Shown piece by piece: positions 34,814-48,500 of a stretch of DNA of 64,000 nucleotides. The stretch is from Eimeria praecox (Eukaryota), in the NCBI GenBank assembly GCA_963920595.1, contig OY986949.1:868001-932000 (forward strand), in the 5' to 3' direction. Position 1 is the first letter of the stretch; each line of letters opens with the position of its first letter. The translations under genes were made by a program, and so were the position numbers. The notes below the pieces were generated by a model. It worked only from the letters and a program-made list of their open reading frames with translations, made no database searches and had not been told where the DNA came from.

Positions 34814-36593
34814 CTGTCCTCACATGCGCGAATGTCTGCTGAGCATGCACTGCTTAATTGCTTGCATTCATTTAATGATTGGGTGCAAACCAACTTCCCC
34901 CTCAGTGCGTGCGTTTGCATACATATAGTTGTTGCACGCATGCGTGCTTACCTATTTTGCTTGCGTGCATGCATGCATTTGGTCTGAGAGGCCAGTCAGT
35001 TTTGCAGAGTTGCCTTGGGGTCGATGCGAACAGCATCAGCCGAAGGACGCGAAGGGGCCATAGACCATGCAGCAATCCCTTCAGTGGTCCATACGCTTAA
35101 GATAAGAAGCCCTTGTTTCGCTGTCCTCTTTGCAGATTTTAGCTACCACTTGCTTACTTACAGCAATCAGTGCGGAGACAGCCAAGACAGACCCTATTGT
35201 GTCTTCCTGGCTCTGTCTCAATTTTACTGCTTCTTCTTCGGTTCTGCGCCTAGTTCCATTTTGTTTTATTTTGGTTTTGATCTCATTCGCTTCTTGAAGA
35301 TTTCAGTTCTGTTCCCGTGTGCCGTGGCAGGCGGTAGCTCATCATTTACTTCGGGGCTCTGCATGCACGGTTGCTTGGCAAGAAACTCAACAGCCATAAC
35401 CCTAAAAGCTAAACTCTAGGAAGCTCATAGCTTCTCTGTATCAACAGCCCTGCCTAGCTAGCTACCTGCTAAGCACCAGCATCCTCTCACTGAATCCAGC
35501 ACACGGCTTGCAACCGAGTAAAGCCACAGCTTTCGTGGGCCCATGAGCAGCACCGGCTGCTGCTGCAAAACGCTCCCGGGAACTATAAATAGCTGATGGA
35601 GCGGAGGAAGCAGATGCTGGAGAGGGCGTAAAGGGGCAGGGACTATAGGGAGCAAAGCTTGGCCAGCTGCAACTACAATGGAACAGCAGCAAGGGTATTC
35701 GGAAAGGAAAAAATGGTGGCTGCCACATGAGGATTGGAAGCTGCCGCAAAGGTTTGTTTGAGGGAATGAGGAGTGCAAGCCCCGCTGCAGGGCTTCACCA
35801 TGGGTTGCAGCATACGATGCTGCTGCAGCCCTTCCTGCCAACGCTGCTGCTTTTGGAGCTCTCTCCCGAGGCCTCCCGTTGTGACGCAGGTGAAGCGACG
35901 GCATCGACAACAGGAGTTTCATCCTGAAAGACGCACCTCAAGGCTGACGCGCCGTGAGGCTAAACCCTTGGACTCTGGAAGCCTCTACAACAAAAATAAA
36001 TATAACAAACCCGCCTTGGTGGCGGCTGCCAAACGCAGATCACAAGACGTAACAAGAGACTCGAAGAAATGAAGGCACAAAGACACAAAAGGAGACAAAA
36101 GCAGATAGTGGAGGAGGGAAGAAATGATAGAAAGGAAAAAAGGAAGACAAAAGCAGACACGCCGGTTGTAAAGTGGCACACCAGCCGTCAGGAGACACAC
36201 CATTTGTTTGTCTGTCTTCAGGCCTATTCAGCTGTTGCGAAAGGGGAACTCACATGAAAAAGCCTGCAGCAGCGGCTCTTCCCTAGGCCAGGCTTCGTGG
36301 AGCAGGAGACTCCCCTTTTGGCAGTTGCAGCAGAAAGGAATACCACATTTCGCAACAATGACCATCGCGTGAGGCGCGGCAGCTGCAATATGTGCTGTAG
36401 CATCTGAATATGATATTTAGATATTGTTATGGCACTGCACTACGAGCAAGTACATACGCCCCTTGACTCATTCGCTCAGAACCCCCATCGATGCTCCCTC
36501 ACAGTGATCGGATATCAAGCCTCCTGTCAAGACGATCATCACCAAAACTCAGCATCTCAGGCAGTCTCACACATAATCACGTTCTATAACACA

Positions 36594-39500
36594 CAACCTA
36601 AACAGCATTGCATCGCGCCAGAAGAAACAATGAACTGACAGAAACACGCATACAGTGCAACCAGCTCTACGCGAGTGACACTACGTGGTAGGGGATGGCA
36701 ACACAGAAGGATGGTTGTCATGCCAGTGAATGCCCTCAGAGTCGGATTGATGCTAATGCATAGAAGGGGAAACCCCTGCTCATGAAGGACGCTAAATCTC
36801 ATCCGAGGAATGTCTCGCTAACACGCACACTACGCGACTGAACAAAGTTAATGCTACACCCATTCCAATCTGCACGTGCAGACAGTCGGCTACAGTAAGG
36901 TCAATGATATTCTTTGATGTATGCGAAGCTCGTCTAAGGTTTCGTCGCAACCCTCATCCGGGAGGCCTTGAGCCACACAGGCAGCCTCACAGAAGTGCAG
37001 CCTTGCGCCCTGCGATCAAAGGCAACAACGCCACAAGCCGCGACTTCTATATCCTTCCCCTGCAAAACCACATTCCCACCAGCCAGTCGAATGCGGTGCT
37101 CGAAGGAAGAAACAAGTTCGCATTTACCGCGAAGTAGCTAGACGCGTCAGTAATGCCACGCTCACAATCACAGGGGGGAGGCACCTGAAAAGTGCACTTC
37201 ACAGACGGATGGAAAAAAGAAAATCGACTAAGGACAACAGTGCCGCTATACACTGCCACATAGTTGGCATGCAAACTGTATGAAGTAGCACGTATGATCA
37301 CACCAGTGTTTGTAGAACAGTAGGCACCGAGCGTTATCACCCGCGCACTACGTCCTTGGTGTAGCCAGTGCAACCACCTAAAATATGTACCTGTACGGGA
37401 AGCAGAGAACTATGCTGGTTCAGAGTCTGGTTATGTTAGCAGCATTCGGACAGACTCGTCTGCCCATCAGACGAACGAGACTAAAAAAGCTCATCCTTTT
37501 AACCACTGAAAATACAACAAGTAAATGAGCCTGTCAGATCGACTTGTGTCACCATGGTGCTGCTTCTGGCAGCTGTCAGGTTAACGAGATTCATTTAACT
37601 CATCAAAGGTGAATGGCAAAAAACGTCGGGTTGGCCACCCCATTATTCTGACGCCACTGAGCAGCCTCTTCTGAAGAAGTTTCATGTGCTGAGAGGCGTC
37701 GGAGGAGGACGGTACGAAAGGCTGGCATCAGCAGCAGAGCTGAAGAGCCTAAGGCACCTGCAAGTGTAGCGGGATGTTAGTGCGATGGCTGCCTCCTAAA
37801 CACCGAAATGCCATTTCAGCCCTCGAGTGGATTCCCGCAACCTAAACAGCATTGCATCGCGCCAGAAGAAACAATGAACTGACAGAAACACGCATACAGT
37901 GCAACCAGCTCTACGCGAGTGACACTACGTGGTAGAGGATGGCAACACAGAAGGATGGTTGTCATGCCAGTGAATGCCCTCAGAGTCGGATTGATGCTAA
38001 TGCATAGAAGGGGAAACCCCTGCTCATGAAGGACGCTAAATCTCATCCGAGGAATGTCTCGCTAACACGCACACTACGCGACTGAACAAAGTTAATGCTA
38101 CACCCATTCCAATCTGCACGTGCAGACAGTCGGCTACAGTAAGGTCAATGATATTCTTTGATGTATGCGAAGCTCGTCTAAGGTTTCGTCGCAACCCTCA
38201 TCCGGGAGGCCTTGAGCCACACAGGCAGCCTCACAGAAGTGCAGCCTTGCGCCCTGCGATCAAAGGCAACAACGCCACAAGCCGCGACTTCTATATCCTT
38301 CCCCTGCAAAACCACATTCCCACCAGCCAGTCGAATGCGGTGCTCGAAGGAAGAAACAAGTTCGCATTTACCGCGAAGTAGCTAGACGCGTCAGTAATGC
38401 CACGCTCACAATCACAGGGGGGAGGCACCTGAAAAGTGCACTTCACAGACGGATGGAAAAAAGAAAATCGACTAAGGACAACAGTGCCGCTATACACTGC
38501 CACATAGTTGGCATGCAAACTGTATGAAGTAGCACGTATGATCACACCAGTGTTTGTAGAACAGTAGGCACCGAGCGTTATCACCCGCGCACTACGTCCT
38601 TGGTGTAGCCAGTGCAACCACCTAAAATATGTACCTGTACGGGAAGCAGAGAACTATGCTGGTTCAGAGTCTGGTTATGTTAGCAGCATTCGGACAGACT
38701 CGTCTGCCCATCAGACGAACGAGACTAAAAAAGCTCATCCTTTTAACCACTGAAAATACAACAAGTAAATGAGCCTGTCAGATCGACTTGTGTCACCATG
38801 GTGCTGCTTCTGGCAGCTGTCAGGTTAACGAGATTCATTTAACTCATCAAAGGTGAATGGCAAAAAACGTCGGGTTGGCCACCCCATTATTCTGACGCCA
38901 CTGAGCAGCCTCTTCTGAAGAAGTTTCATGTGCTGAGAGGCGTCGGAGGAGGACGGTACGAAAGGCTGGCATCAGCAGCAGAGCTGAAGAGCCTAAGGCA
39001 CCTGCAAGTGTAGCGGGATGTTAGTGCGATGGCTGCCTCCTAAACACCGAAATGCCATTTCAGCCCTCGAGTGGATCCCCGCAACCTAAACAGCATTGCA
39101 TCGCGCCAGAAGAAACAATGAACTGACAGAAACACGCATACAGTGCAACCAGCTCTACGCGAGTGACACTACGTGGTAGAGGATGGCAACACAGAAGGAT
39201 GGTTGTCATGCCAGTGAATGCCCTCAGAGTCGGATTGATGCTAATGCATAGAAGGGGAAACCCCTGCTCATGAAGGACGCTAAATCTCATCCGAGGAATG
39301 TCTCGCTAACACGCACACTACGCGACTGAACAAAGTTAATGCTACACCCATTCCAATCTGCACGTGCAGACAGTCGGCTACAGTAAGGTCAATGATATTC
39401 TTTGATGTATGCGAAGCTCGTCTAAGGTTTCGTCGCAACCCTCATCCGGGAGGCCTTGAGCCACACAGGCAGCCTCACAGAAGTGCAGCCTTGCGCCCTG

Positions 39501-42500
39501 CGATCAAAGGCAACAACGCCACAAGCCGCGACTTCTATATCCTTCCCCTGCAAAACCACATTCCCACCAGCCAGTCGAATGCGGTGCTCGAAGGAAGAAA
39601 CAAGTTCGCATTTACCGCGAAGTAGCTAGACGCGTCAGTAATGCCACGCTCACAATCACAGGAGGGAGGCACCTGAAAAGTGCACTTCACAGACGGATGG
39701 AAAAAAGAAAATCGACTAAGGACAACAGTGCCGCTATACACTGCCACATAGTTGGCATGCAAACTGTATGAAGTAGCACGTATGATCACACCAGTGTTTG
39801 TAGAACAGTAGGCACTGAGCGTTATCACCCGCGCTCTACGTCCTTGGTGTAGCCAGTGCAACCACCTAAAATATGTACCTGTACGGGAAGCAGAGAACTA
39901 TGCTGGTTCAGAGTCTGGTTATGTTAGCAGCATTCGGACAGACTCGTCTGCCCATCAGACGAACGAGACTAAAAAAGCTCATCCTTTTAACCACTGAAAA
40001 TACAACAAGTAAATGAGCCTGTCAGATCGACTTGTGTCACCATGGTGCTGCTTCTGGCAGCTGTCAGGTTAACGAGATTCATTTAACTCATCAAAGGTGA
40101 ATGGCAAAAAACGTCGGGTTGGCCACCCCATTATTCTGACGCCACTGAGCAGCCTCTTCTGAAGAAGTTTCATGTGCTGAGAGGCGTCGGAGGAGGACGG
40201 TACGAAAGGCTGGCATCAGCAGCAGAGCTGAAGAGCCTAAGGCACCTGCAAGTGTAGCGGGATGTTAGTGCGATGGCTGCCTCCTAAACACCGAAATGCC
40301 ATTTCAGCCCTCGAGTGGATCCCCGCAACCTAAACAGCATTGCATCGCGCCGGAAGAAACAATGAACTGACAGAAACACGCATACAGTGCAGCCAGCTCT
40401 ACGCGAGTGACACTACGTGGTAGAGGATGGCAACACAGAAGGATGGTTGTCATGCCAGTGAATGCCCTCAGAGTCGGATTGATGCTAATGCATAGAAGGG
40501 GAAACCCCTGCTCATGAAGGACGCTAAATCTCATCCGAGGAATGTCTCGCTAACACGCACACTACGCGACTGAACAAAGTTAATGCTACACCCATTCCAA
40601 TCTGCACGTGCAGACAGTCGGCTACAGTAAGATCAATGATATTCTTTGATGTATGCGAAGCTCGTCTAAGGTTTCGTCGCAACCCTCATCCGGGAGGCCT
40701 TGAGCCACACAGGCAGCCTCACAGAAGTGCAGCCTTGCGCCCTGCGATCAAAGGCAACAACGCCACAAGCCGCGACTTCTATATCCTTCCCCTGCAAAAC
40801 CACATTCCCACCAGCCAGTCGAATGCGGTGCTCGAAGGAAGAAACAAGTTCGCATTTACCGCGAAGTAGCTAGACGCGTCAGTAATGCCACGCTCACAAT
40901 CACAGGAGGGAGGCACCTGAAAAGTGCACTTCACAGACGGATGGAAAAAAGAAAATCGACTAAGGACAACAGTGCCGCTATACACTGCCACATAGTTGGC
41001 ATGCAAACTGTATGAAGTAGCACGTATGATCACACCAGTGTTTGTAGAACAGTAGGCACTGAGCGTTATCACCCGCGCTCTACGTCCTTGGTGTAGCCAG
41101 TGCAACCACCTAAAATATGTACCTGTACGGGAAGCAGAGAACTATGCTGGTTCAGAGTCTGGTTATGTTAGCAGCATTCGGACAGACTCGTCTGCCCATC
41201 AGACGAACGAGACTAAAAAAGCTCATCCTTTTAACCACTGAAAATACAACAAGTAAATGAGCCTGTCAGATCGACTTGTGTCACCATGGTGCTGCTTCTG
41301 GCAGCTGTCAGGTTAACGAGATTCATTTAACTCATCAAAGGTGAATGGCAAAAAACGTCGGGTTGGCCACCCCATTATTCTGACGCCACTGAGCAGCCTC
41401 TTCTGAAGAAGTTTCATGTGCTGAGAGGCGTCGGAGGAGGACGGTACGAAAGGCTGGCATCAGCAGCAGAGCTGAAGAGCCTAAGGCACCTGCAAGTGTA
41501 GCGGGATGTTAGTGCGATGGCTGCCTCCTAAACACCGAAATGCCATTTCAGCCCTCGAGTGGATCCCCGCAACCTAAACAGCATTGCATCGCGCCAGAAG
41601 AAACAATGAACTGACAGAAACACGCATACAGTGCAACCAGCTCTACGCGAGTGACACTACGTGGTAGAGGATGGCAACACAGAAGGATGGTTGTCATGCC
41701 AGTGAATGCCCTCAGAGTCGGATTGATGCTAATGCATAGAAGGGGAAACCCCTGCTCATGAAGGACGCTAAATCTCATCCGAGGAATGTCTCGCTAACAC
41801 GCACACTACGCGACTGAACAAAGTTAATGCTACACCCATTCCAATCTGCACGTGCAGACAGTCGGCTACAGTAAGGTCAATGATATTCTTTGATGTATGC
41901 GAAGCTCGTCTAAGGTTTCGTCGCAACCCTCATCCGGGAGGCCTTGAGCCACACAGGCAGCCTCACAGAAGTGCAGCCTTGCGCCCTGCGATCAAAGGCA
42001 ACAACGCCACAAGCCGCGACTTCTATATCCTTCCCCTGCAAAACCACATTCCCACCAGCCAGTCGAATGCGGTGCTCGAAGGAAGAAACAAGTTCGCATT
42101 TACCGCGAAGTAGCTAGACGCGTCAGTAATGCCACGCTCACAATCACAGGAGGGAGGCACCTGAAAAGTGCACTTCACAGACGGATGGAAAAAAGAAAAT
42201 CGACTAAGGACAACAGTGCCGCTATACACTGCCACATAGTTGGCATGCAAACTGTATGAAGTAGCACGTATGATCACACCAGTGTTTGTAGAACAGTAGG
42301 CACTGAGCGTTATCACCCGCGCTCTACGTCCTTGGTGTAGCCAGTGCAACCACCTAAAATATGTACCTGTACGGGAAGCAGAGAACTATGCTGGTTCAGA
42401 GTCTGGTTATGTTAGCAGCATTCGGACAGACTCGTCTGCCCATCAGACGAACGAGACTAAAAAAGCTCATCCTTTTAACCACTGAAAATACAACAAGTAA

Positions 42501-45500
42501 ATGAGCCTGTCAGATCGACTTGTGTCACCATGGTGCTGCTTCTGGCAGCTGTCAGGTTAACGAGATTCATTTAACTCATCAAAGGTGAATGGCAAAAAAC
42601 GTCGGGTTGGCCACCCCATTATTCTGACGCCACTGAGCAGCCTCTTCTGAAGAAGTTTCATGTGCTGAGAGGCGTCGGAGGAGGACGGTACGAAAGGCTG
42701 GCATCAGCAGCAGAGCTGAAGAGCCTAAGGCACCTGCAAGTGTAGCGGGATGTTAGTGCGATGGCTGCCTCCTAAACACCGAAATGCCATTTCAGCCCTC
42801 GAGTGGATCCCCGCAACCTAAACAGCATTGCATCGCGCCGGAAGAAACAATGAACTGACAGAAACACGCATACAGTGCAGCCAGCTCTACGCGAGTGACA
42901 CTACGTGGTAGAGGATGGCAACACAGAAGGATGGTTGTCATGCCAGTGAATGCCCTCAGAGTCGGATTGATGCTAATGCATAGAAGGGGAAACCCCTGCT
43001 CATGAAGGACGCTAAATCTCATCCGAGGAATGTCTCGCTAACACGCACACTACGCGACTGAACAAAGTTAATGCTACACCCATTCCAATCTGCACGTGCA
43101 GACAGTCGGCTACAGTAAGATCAATGATATTCTTTGATGTATGCGAAGCTCGTCTAAGGTTTCGTCGCAACCCTCATCCGGGAGGCCTTGAGCCACACAG
43201 GCAGCCTCACAGAAGTGCAGCCTTGCGCCCTGCGATCAAAGGCAACAACGCCACAAGCCGCGGCTTCTATATCCTTCCCCTGCAAAACCACATTCCCACC
43301 AGCCAGTCGAATGCGGTGCTCGAAGGAAGAAACAAGTTCGCATTTACCGCGAAGTAGCTAGACGCGTCAGTAATGCCACGCTCACAATCACAGGAGGGAG
43401 GCACCTGAAAAGTGCACTTCACAGACGGATGGAAAAAAGAAAATCGACTAAGGACAACAGTGCCGCTATACACTGCCACATAGTTGGCATGCAAACTGTA
43501 TGAAGTAGCACGTATGATCACATCAGTGTTTGTAGAACAGTAGGCACTGAGCGTTATCACCCGCGCTCTACGTCCTTGGTGTAGCCAGTGCAACCACCTA
43601 AAATATGTACCTGTACGGGAAGCAGAGAACTATGCTGGTTCAGAGTCTGGTTATGTTAGCAGCATTCGGACAGACTCGTCTGCCCATCAGACGAACGAGA
43701 CTAAAAAAGCTCATCCTTTTAACCACTGAAAATACAACAAGTAAATGAGCCTGTCAGATCGACTTGTGTCACCATGGTGCTGCTTCTGGCAGCTGTCAGG
43801 TTAACGAGATTCATTTAACTCATCAAAGGTGAATGGCAAAAAACGTCGGGTTGGCCACCCCATTATTCTGACGCCACTGAGCAGCCTCTTCTGAAGAAGT
43901 TTCATGTGCAGAGAGGCGTCGGAGGAGGACGGTACGAAAGGCTGGCATCAGCAGCAGAGCTGAAGAGCCTAAGGCACCTGCAAGTGTAGCGGGATGTTAG
44001 TGCGATGGCTGCCTCCTAAACACCGAAATGCCATTTCAGCCCTCGAGTGGATCCCCGCAACCTAAACAGCATTGCATCGCGCCGGAAGAAACAATGAACT
44101 GACAGAAACACGCATACAGTGCAGCCAGCTCTACGCGAGTGACACTACGTGGTAGAGGATGGCAACACAGAAGGATGGTTGTCATGCCAGTGAATGCCCT
44201 CAGAGTCGGATTGATGCTAATGCATAGAAGGGGAAACCCCTGCTCATGAAGGACGCTAAATCTCATCCGAGGAATGTCTCGCTAACACGCACACTACGCG
44301 ACTGAACAAAGTTAATGCTACACCCATTCCAATCTGCACGTGCAGACAGTCGGCTACAGTAAGATCAATGATATTCTTTGATGTATGCGAAGCTCGTCTA
44401 AGGTTTCGTCGCAACCCTCATCCGGGAGGCCTTGAGCCACACAGGCAGCCTCACAGAAGTGCAGCCTTGCGCCCTGCGATCAAAGGCAACAACGCCACAA
44501 GCCGCGGCTTCTATATCCTTCCCCTGCAAAACCACATTCCCACCAGCCAGTCGAATGCGGTGCTCGAAGGAAGAAACAAGTTCGCATTTACCGCGAAGTA
44601 GCTAGACGCGTCAGTAATGCCACGCTCACAATCACAGGAGGGAGGCACCTGAAAAGTGCACTTCACAGACGGATGGAAAAAAGAAAATCGACTAAGGACA
44701 ACAGTACCGCTATACACTGCCACATAGTTGGCATGCAAACTGTATGAAGTAGCACGTATGATCACATCAGTGTTTGTAGAACAGTAGGCACTGAGCGTTA
44801 TCACCCGCGCTCTACGTCCTTGGTGTAGCCAGTGCAACCACCTAAAATATGTACCTGTACGGGAAGCAGAGAACTATGCTGGTTCAGAGTCTGGTTATGT
44901 TAGCAGCATTCGGACAGACTCGTCTGCCCATCAGACGAACGAGACTAAAAAAGCTCATCCTTTTAACCACTGAAAATACAACAAGTAAATGAGCCTGTCA
45001 GATCGACTTGTGTCACCATGGTGCTGCTTCTGGCAGCTGTCAGGTTAACGAGATTCATTTAACTCATCAAAGGTGAATGGCAAAAAACGTCGGGTTGGCC
45101 ACCCCATTATTCTGACGCCACTGAGCAGCCTCTTCTGAAGAAGTTTCATGTGCAGAGAGGCGTCGGAGGAGGACGGTACGAAAGGCTGGCATCAGCAGCA
45201 GAGCTGAAGAGCCTAAGGCACCTGCAAGTGTAGCGGGATGTTAGTGCGATGGCTGCCTCCTAAACACCGAAATGCCATTTCAGCCCTCGAGTGGATCCCC
45301 GCAACCTAAACAGCATTGCATCGCGCCGGAAGAAACAATGAACTGACAGAAACACGCATACAGTGCAGCCAGCTCTACGCGAGTGACACTACGTGGTAGA
45401 GGATGGCAACACAGAAGGATGGTTGTCATGCCAGTGAATGCCCTCAGAGTCGGATTGATGCTAATGCATAGAAGGGGAAACCCCTGCTCATGAAGGACGC

Positions 45501-48500
45501 TAAATCTCATCCGAGGAATGTCTCGCTAACACGCACACTACGCGACTGAACAAAGTTAATGCTACACCCATTCCAATCTGCACGTGCAGACAGTCGGCTA
45601 CAGTAAGATCAATTGTATTCTTTGATGTATGCGAAGCTCGTCTAAGGTTTCGTCGCAACCCTCATCCGGGAGGCCTTGAGCCACACAGGCAGCCTCACAG
45701 AAGTGCAGCCTTGCGCCCTGCGATCAAAGGCAACAACGCCACAAGCCGCGGCTTCTATATCCTTCCCCTGCAAAACCACATTCCCACCAGCCAGTCGAAT
45801 GCGGTGCTCGAAGGAAGAAACAAGTTCGCATTTACCGCGAAGTAGCTAGACGCGTCAGTAATGCCACGCTCACAATCACAGGAGGGAGGCACCTGAAAAG
45901 TGCACTTCACAGACGGATGGAAAAAAGAAAATCGACTAAGGACAACAGTACCGCTATACACTGCCACATAGTTGGCATGCAAACTGTATGAAGTAGCACG
46001 TATGATCACATCAGTGTTTGTAGAACAGTAGGCACTGAGCGTTATCACCCGCGCTCTACGTCCTTGGTGTAGCCAGTGCAACCACCTAAAATATGTACCT
46101 GTACGGGAAGCAGAGAACTATGCTGGTTCAGAGTCTGGTTATGTTAGCAGCATTCGGACAGACTCGTCTGCCCATCAGACGAACGAGACTAAAAAAGCTC
46201 ATCCTTTTAACCACTGAAAATACAACAAGTAAATGAGCCTGTCAGATCGACTTGTGTCACCATGGTGCTGCTTCTGGCAGCTGTCAGGTTAACGAGATTC
46301 ATTTAACTCATCAAAGGTGAATGGCAAAAAACGTCGGGTTGGCCACCCCATTATTCTGACGCCACTGAGCAGCCTCTTCTGAAGAAGTTTCATGTGCAGA
46401 GAGGCGTCGGAGGAGGACGGTACGAAAGGCTGGCATCAGCAGCAGAGCTGAAGAGCCTAAGGCACCTGCAAGTGTAGCGGGATGTTAGTGCGATGGCTGC
46501 CTCCTAAACACCGAAATGCCATTTCAGCCCTCGAGTGGATCCCCGCAACCTAAACAGCATTGCATCGCGCCGGAAGAAACAATGAACTGACAGAAACACG
46601 CATACAGTGCAGCCAGCTCTACGCGAGTGACACTACGTGGTAGAGGATGGCAACACAGAAGGATGGTTGTCATGCCAGTGAATGCCCTCAGAGTCGGATT
46701 GATGCTAATGCATAGAAGGGGAAACCCCTGCTCATGAAGGACGCTAAATCTCATCCGAGGAATGTCTCGCTAACACGCACACTACGCGACTGAACAAAGT
46801 TAATGCTACACCCATTCCAATCTGCACGTGCAGACAGTCGGCTACAGTAAGATCAATGATATTCTTTGATGTATGCGAAGCTCGTCTAAGGTTTCGTCGC
46901 AACCCTCATCCGGGAGGCCTTGAGCCACACAGGCAGCCTCACAGAAGTGCAGCCTTGCGCCCTGCGATCAAAGGCAACAACGCCACAAGCCGCGGCTTCT
47001 ATATCCTTCCCCTGCAAAACCACATTCCCACCAGCCAGTCGAATGCGGTGCTCGAAGGAAGAAACAAGTTCGTATTTACCGCGAAGTAGCTAGACGCGTC
47101 AGTAATGCCACGCTCACAATCACAGGAGGGAGGCACCTGAAAAGTGCACTTCACAGACGGATGGAAAAAAGAAAATCGACTAAGGACAACAGTGCCGCTA
47201 TACACTGCCACATAGTTGGCATGCAAACTGTATGAAGTAGCACGTATGATCACACCAGTGTTTGTAGAACAGTAGGCACCGAGCGTTATCACCCGCGCTC
47301 TACGTCGTTGGTGTAGCCAGTGCAACCACCTAAAATATGTACCTGTACGGGAAGCAGAGAACTATGCTGGTTCAGAGTCTGGTTATGTTAGCAGCATTCG
47401 GACAGACTCGTCTGCCCATCAGACGAACGAGACTAAAAAAGCTCATCCTTTTAACCACTGAAAATACAACAAGTAAATGAGCCTGTCAGATCGACTTGTG
47501 TCACCATGGTGCTGCTTCTGGCAGCTGTCAGGTTAACGAGATCCATTTAACTCATCAAAGGTGAATGGCAAAAAACGTCGGGTTGGCCACCCCATTATTC
47601 TGACGCCACTGAGCAGCCTCTTCTGAAGAAGTTTCATGTGCTGAGAGGCGTCGGAGGAGGACGGTACGAAAGGCTGGCATCAGCAGCAGAGCTGAAGAGC
47701 CTAAGGCACCTGCAAGTGTAGCGGGATGTTAGTGCGATGGCTGCCTCCTAAACACCGAAATGCCATTTCAGCCCTCGAGTGGATCCCCGCAACCTAAACA
47801 GCATTGCATCGCGCCGGAAGAAACAATGAACTGACAGAAACACGCATACAGTGCAACCAGCTCTACGCGAGTGACACTACGTGGTAGAGGATGGCAACAC
47901 AGAAGGATGGTTGTCATGCCAGTGAATGCCCTCAGAGTCGGATTGATGCTAATGCATAGAAGGGGAAACCCCTGCTCATGAAGGACGCTAAATCTCATCC
48001 GAGGAATGTCTCGCTAACACGCACACTACGCGACTGAACAAAGTTAATGCTACACCCATTCCAATCTGCACGTGCAAACAGTCGGCTGCAGTAAGGTCAA
48101 TGATATTCTTTGATGTATGCGAAGCTCGTCTAAGGTTTCGTCGCAACCCTCATCCGGGAGGCCTTGAGCCACACAGGCAGCCTCACAGAAGTGCAGCCTT
48201 GCGCCCTGCGATCAAAGGCAACAACGCCACAAGCCGCGACTTCTATATCCTTCCCCTGCAAAACCACATTCCCACCAGCCAGTCGAATGCGGTGCTCGAA
48301 GGAAGAAACAAGTTCGCATTTACCGCGAAGTAGCTAGACGCGTCAGTAATGCCACGCTCACAATCACAGGAGGGAGGCACCTGAAAAGTGCACTTCACAG
48401 ACGGATGGAAAAAAGAAAATCGACTAAGGACAACAGTGCCGCTATACACTGCCACATAGTTGGCATGCAAACTGTATGAAGTAGCACGTATGATCACACC

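Noticed and set aside
37738..37770. Hammerhead ribozyme in the 1,244-bp unit (CTGAAGA-GCC-TAA-GGC)
   Set aside because: The stem is followed by ACCTG, not the required GAAA core.
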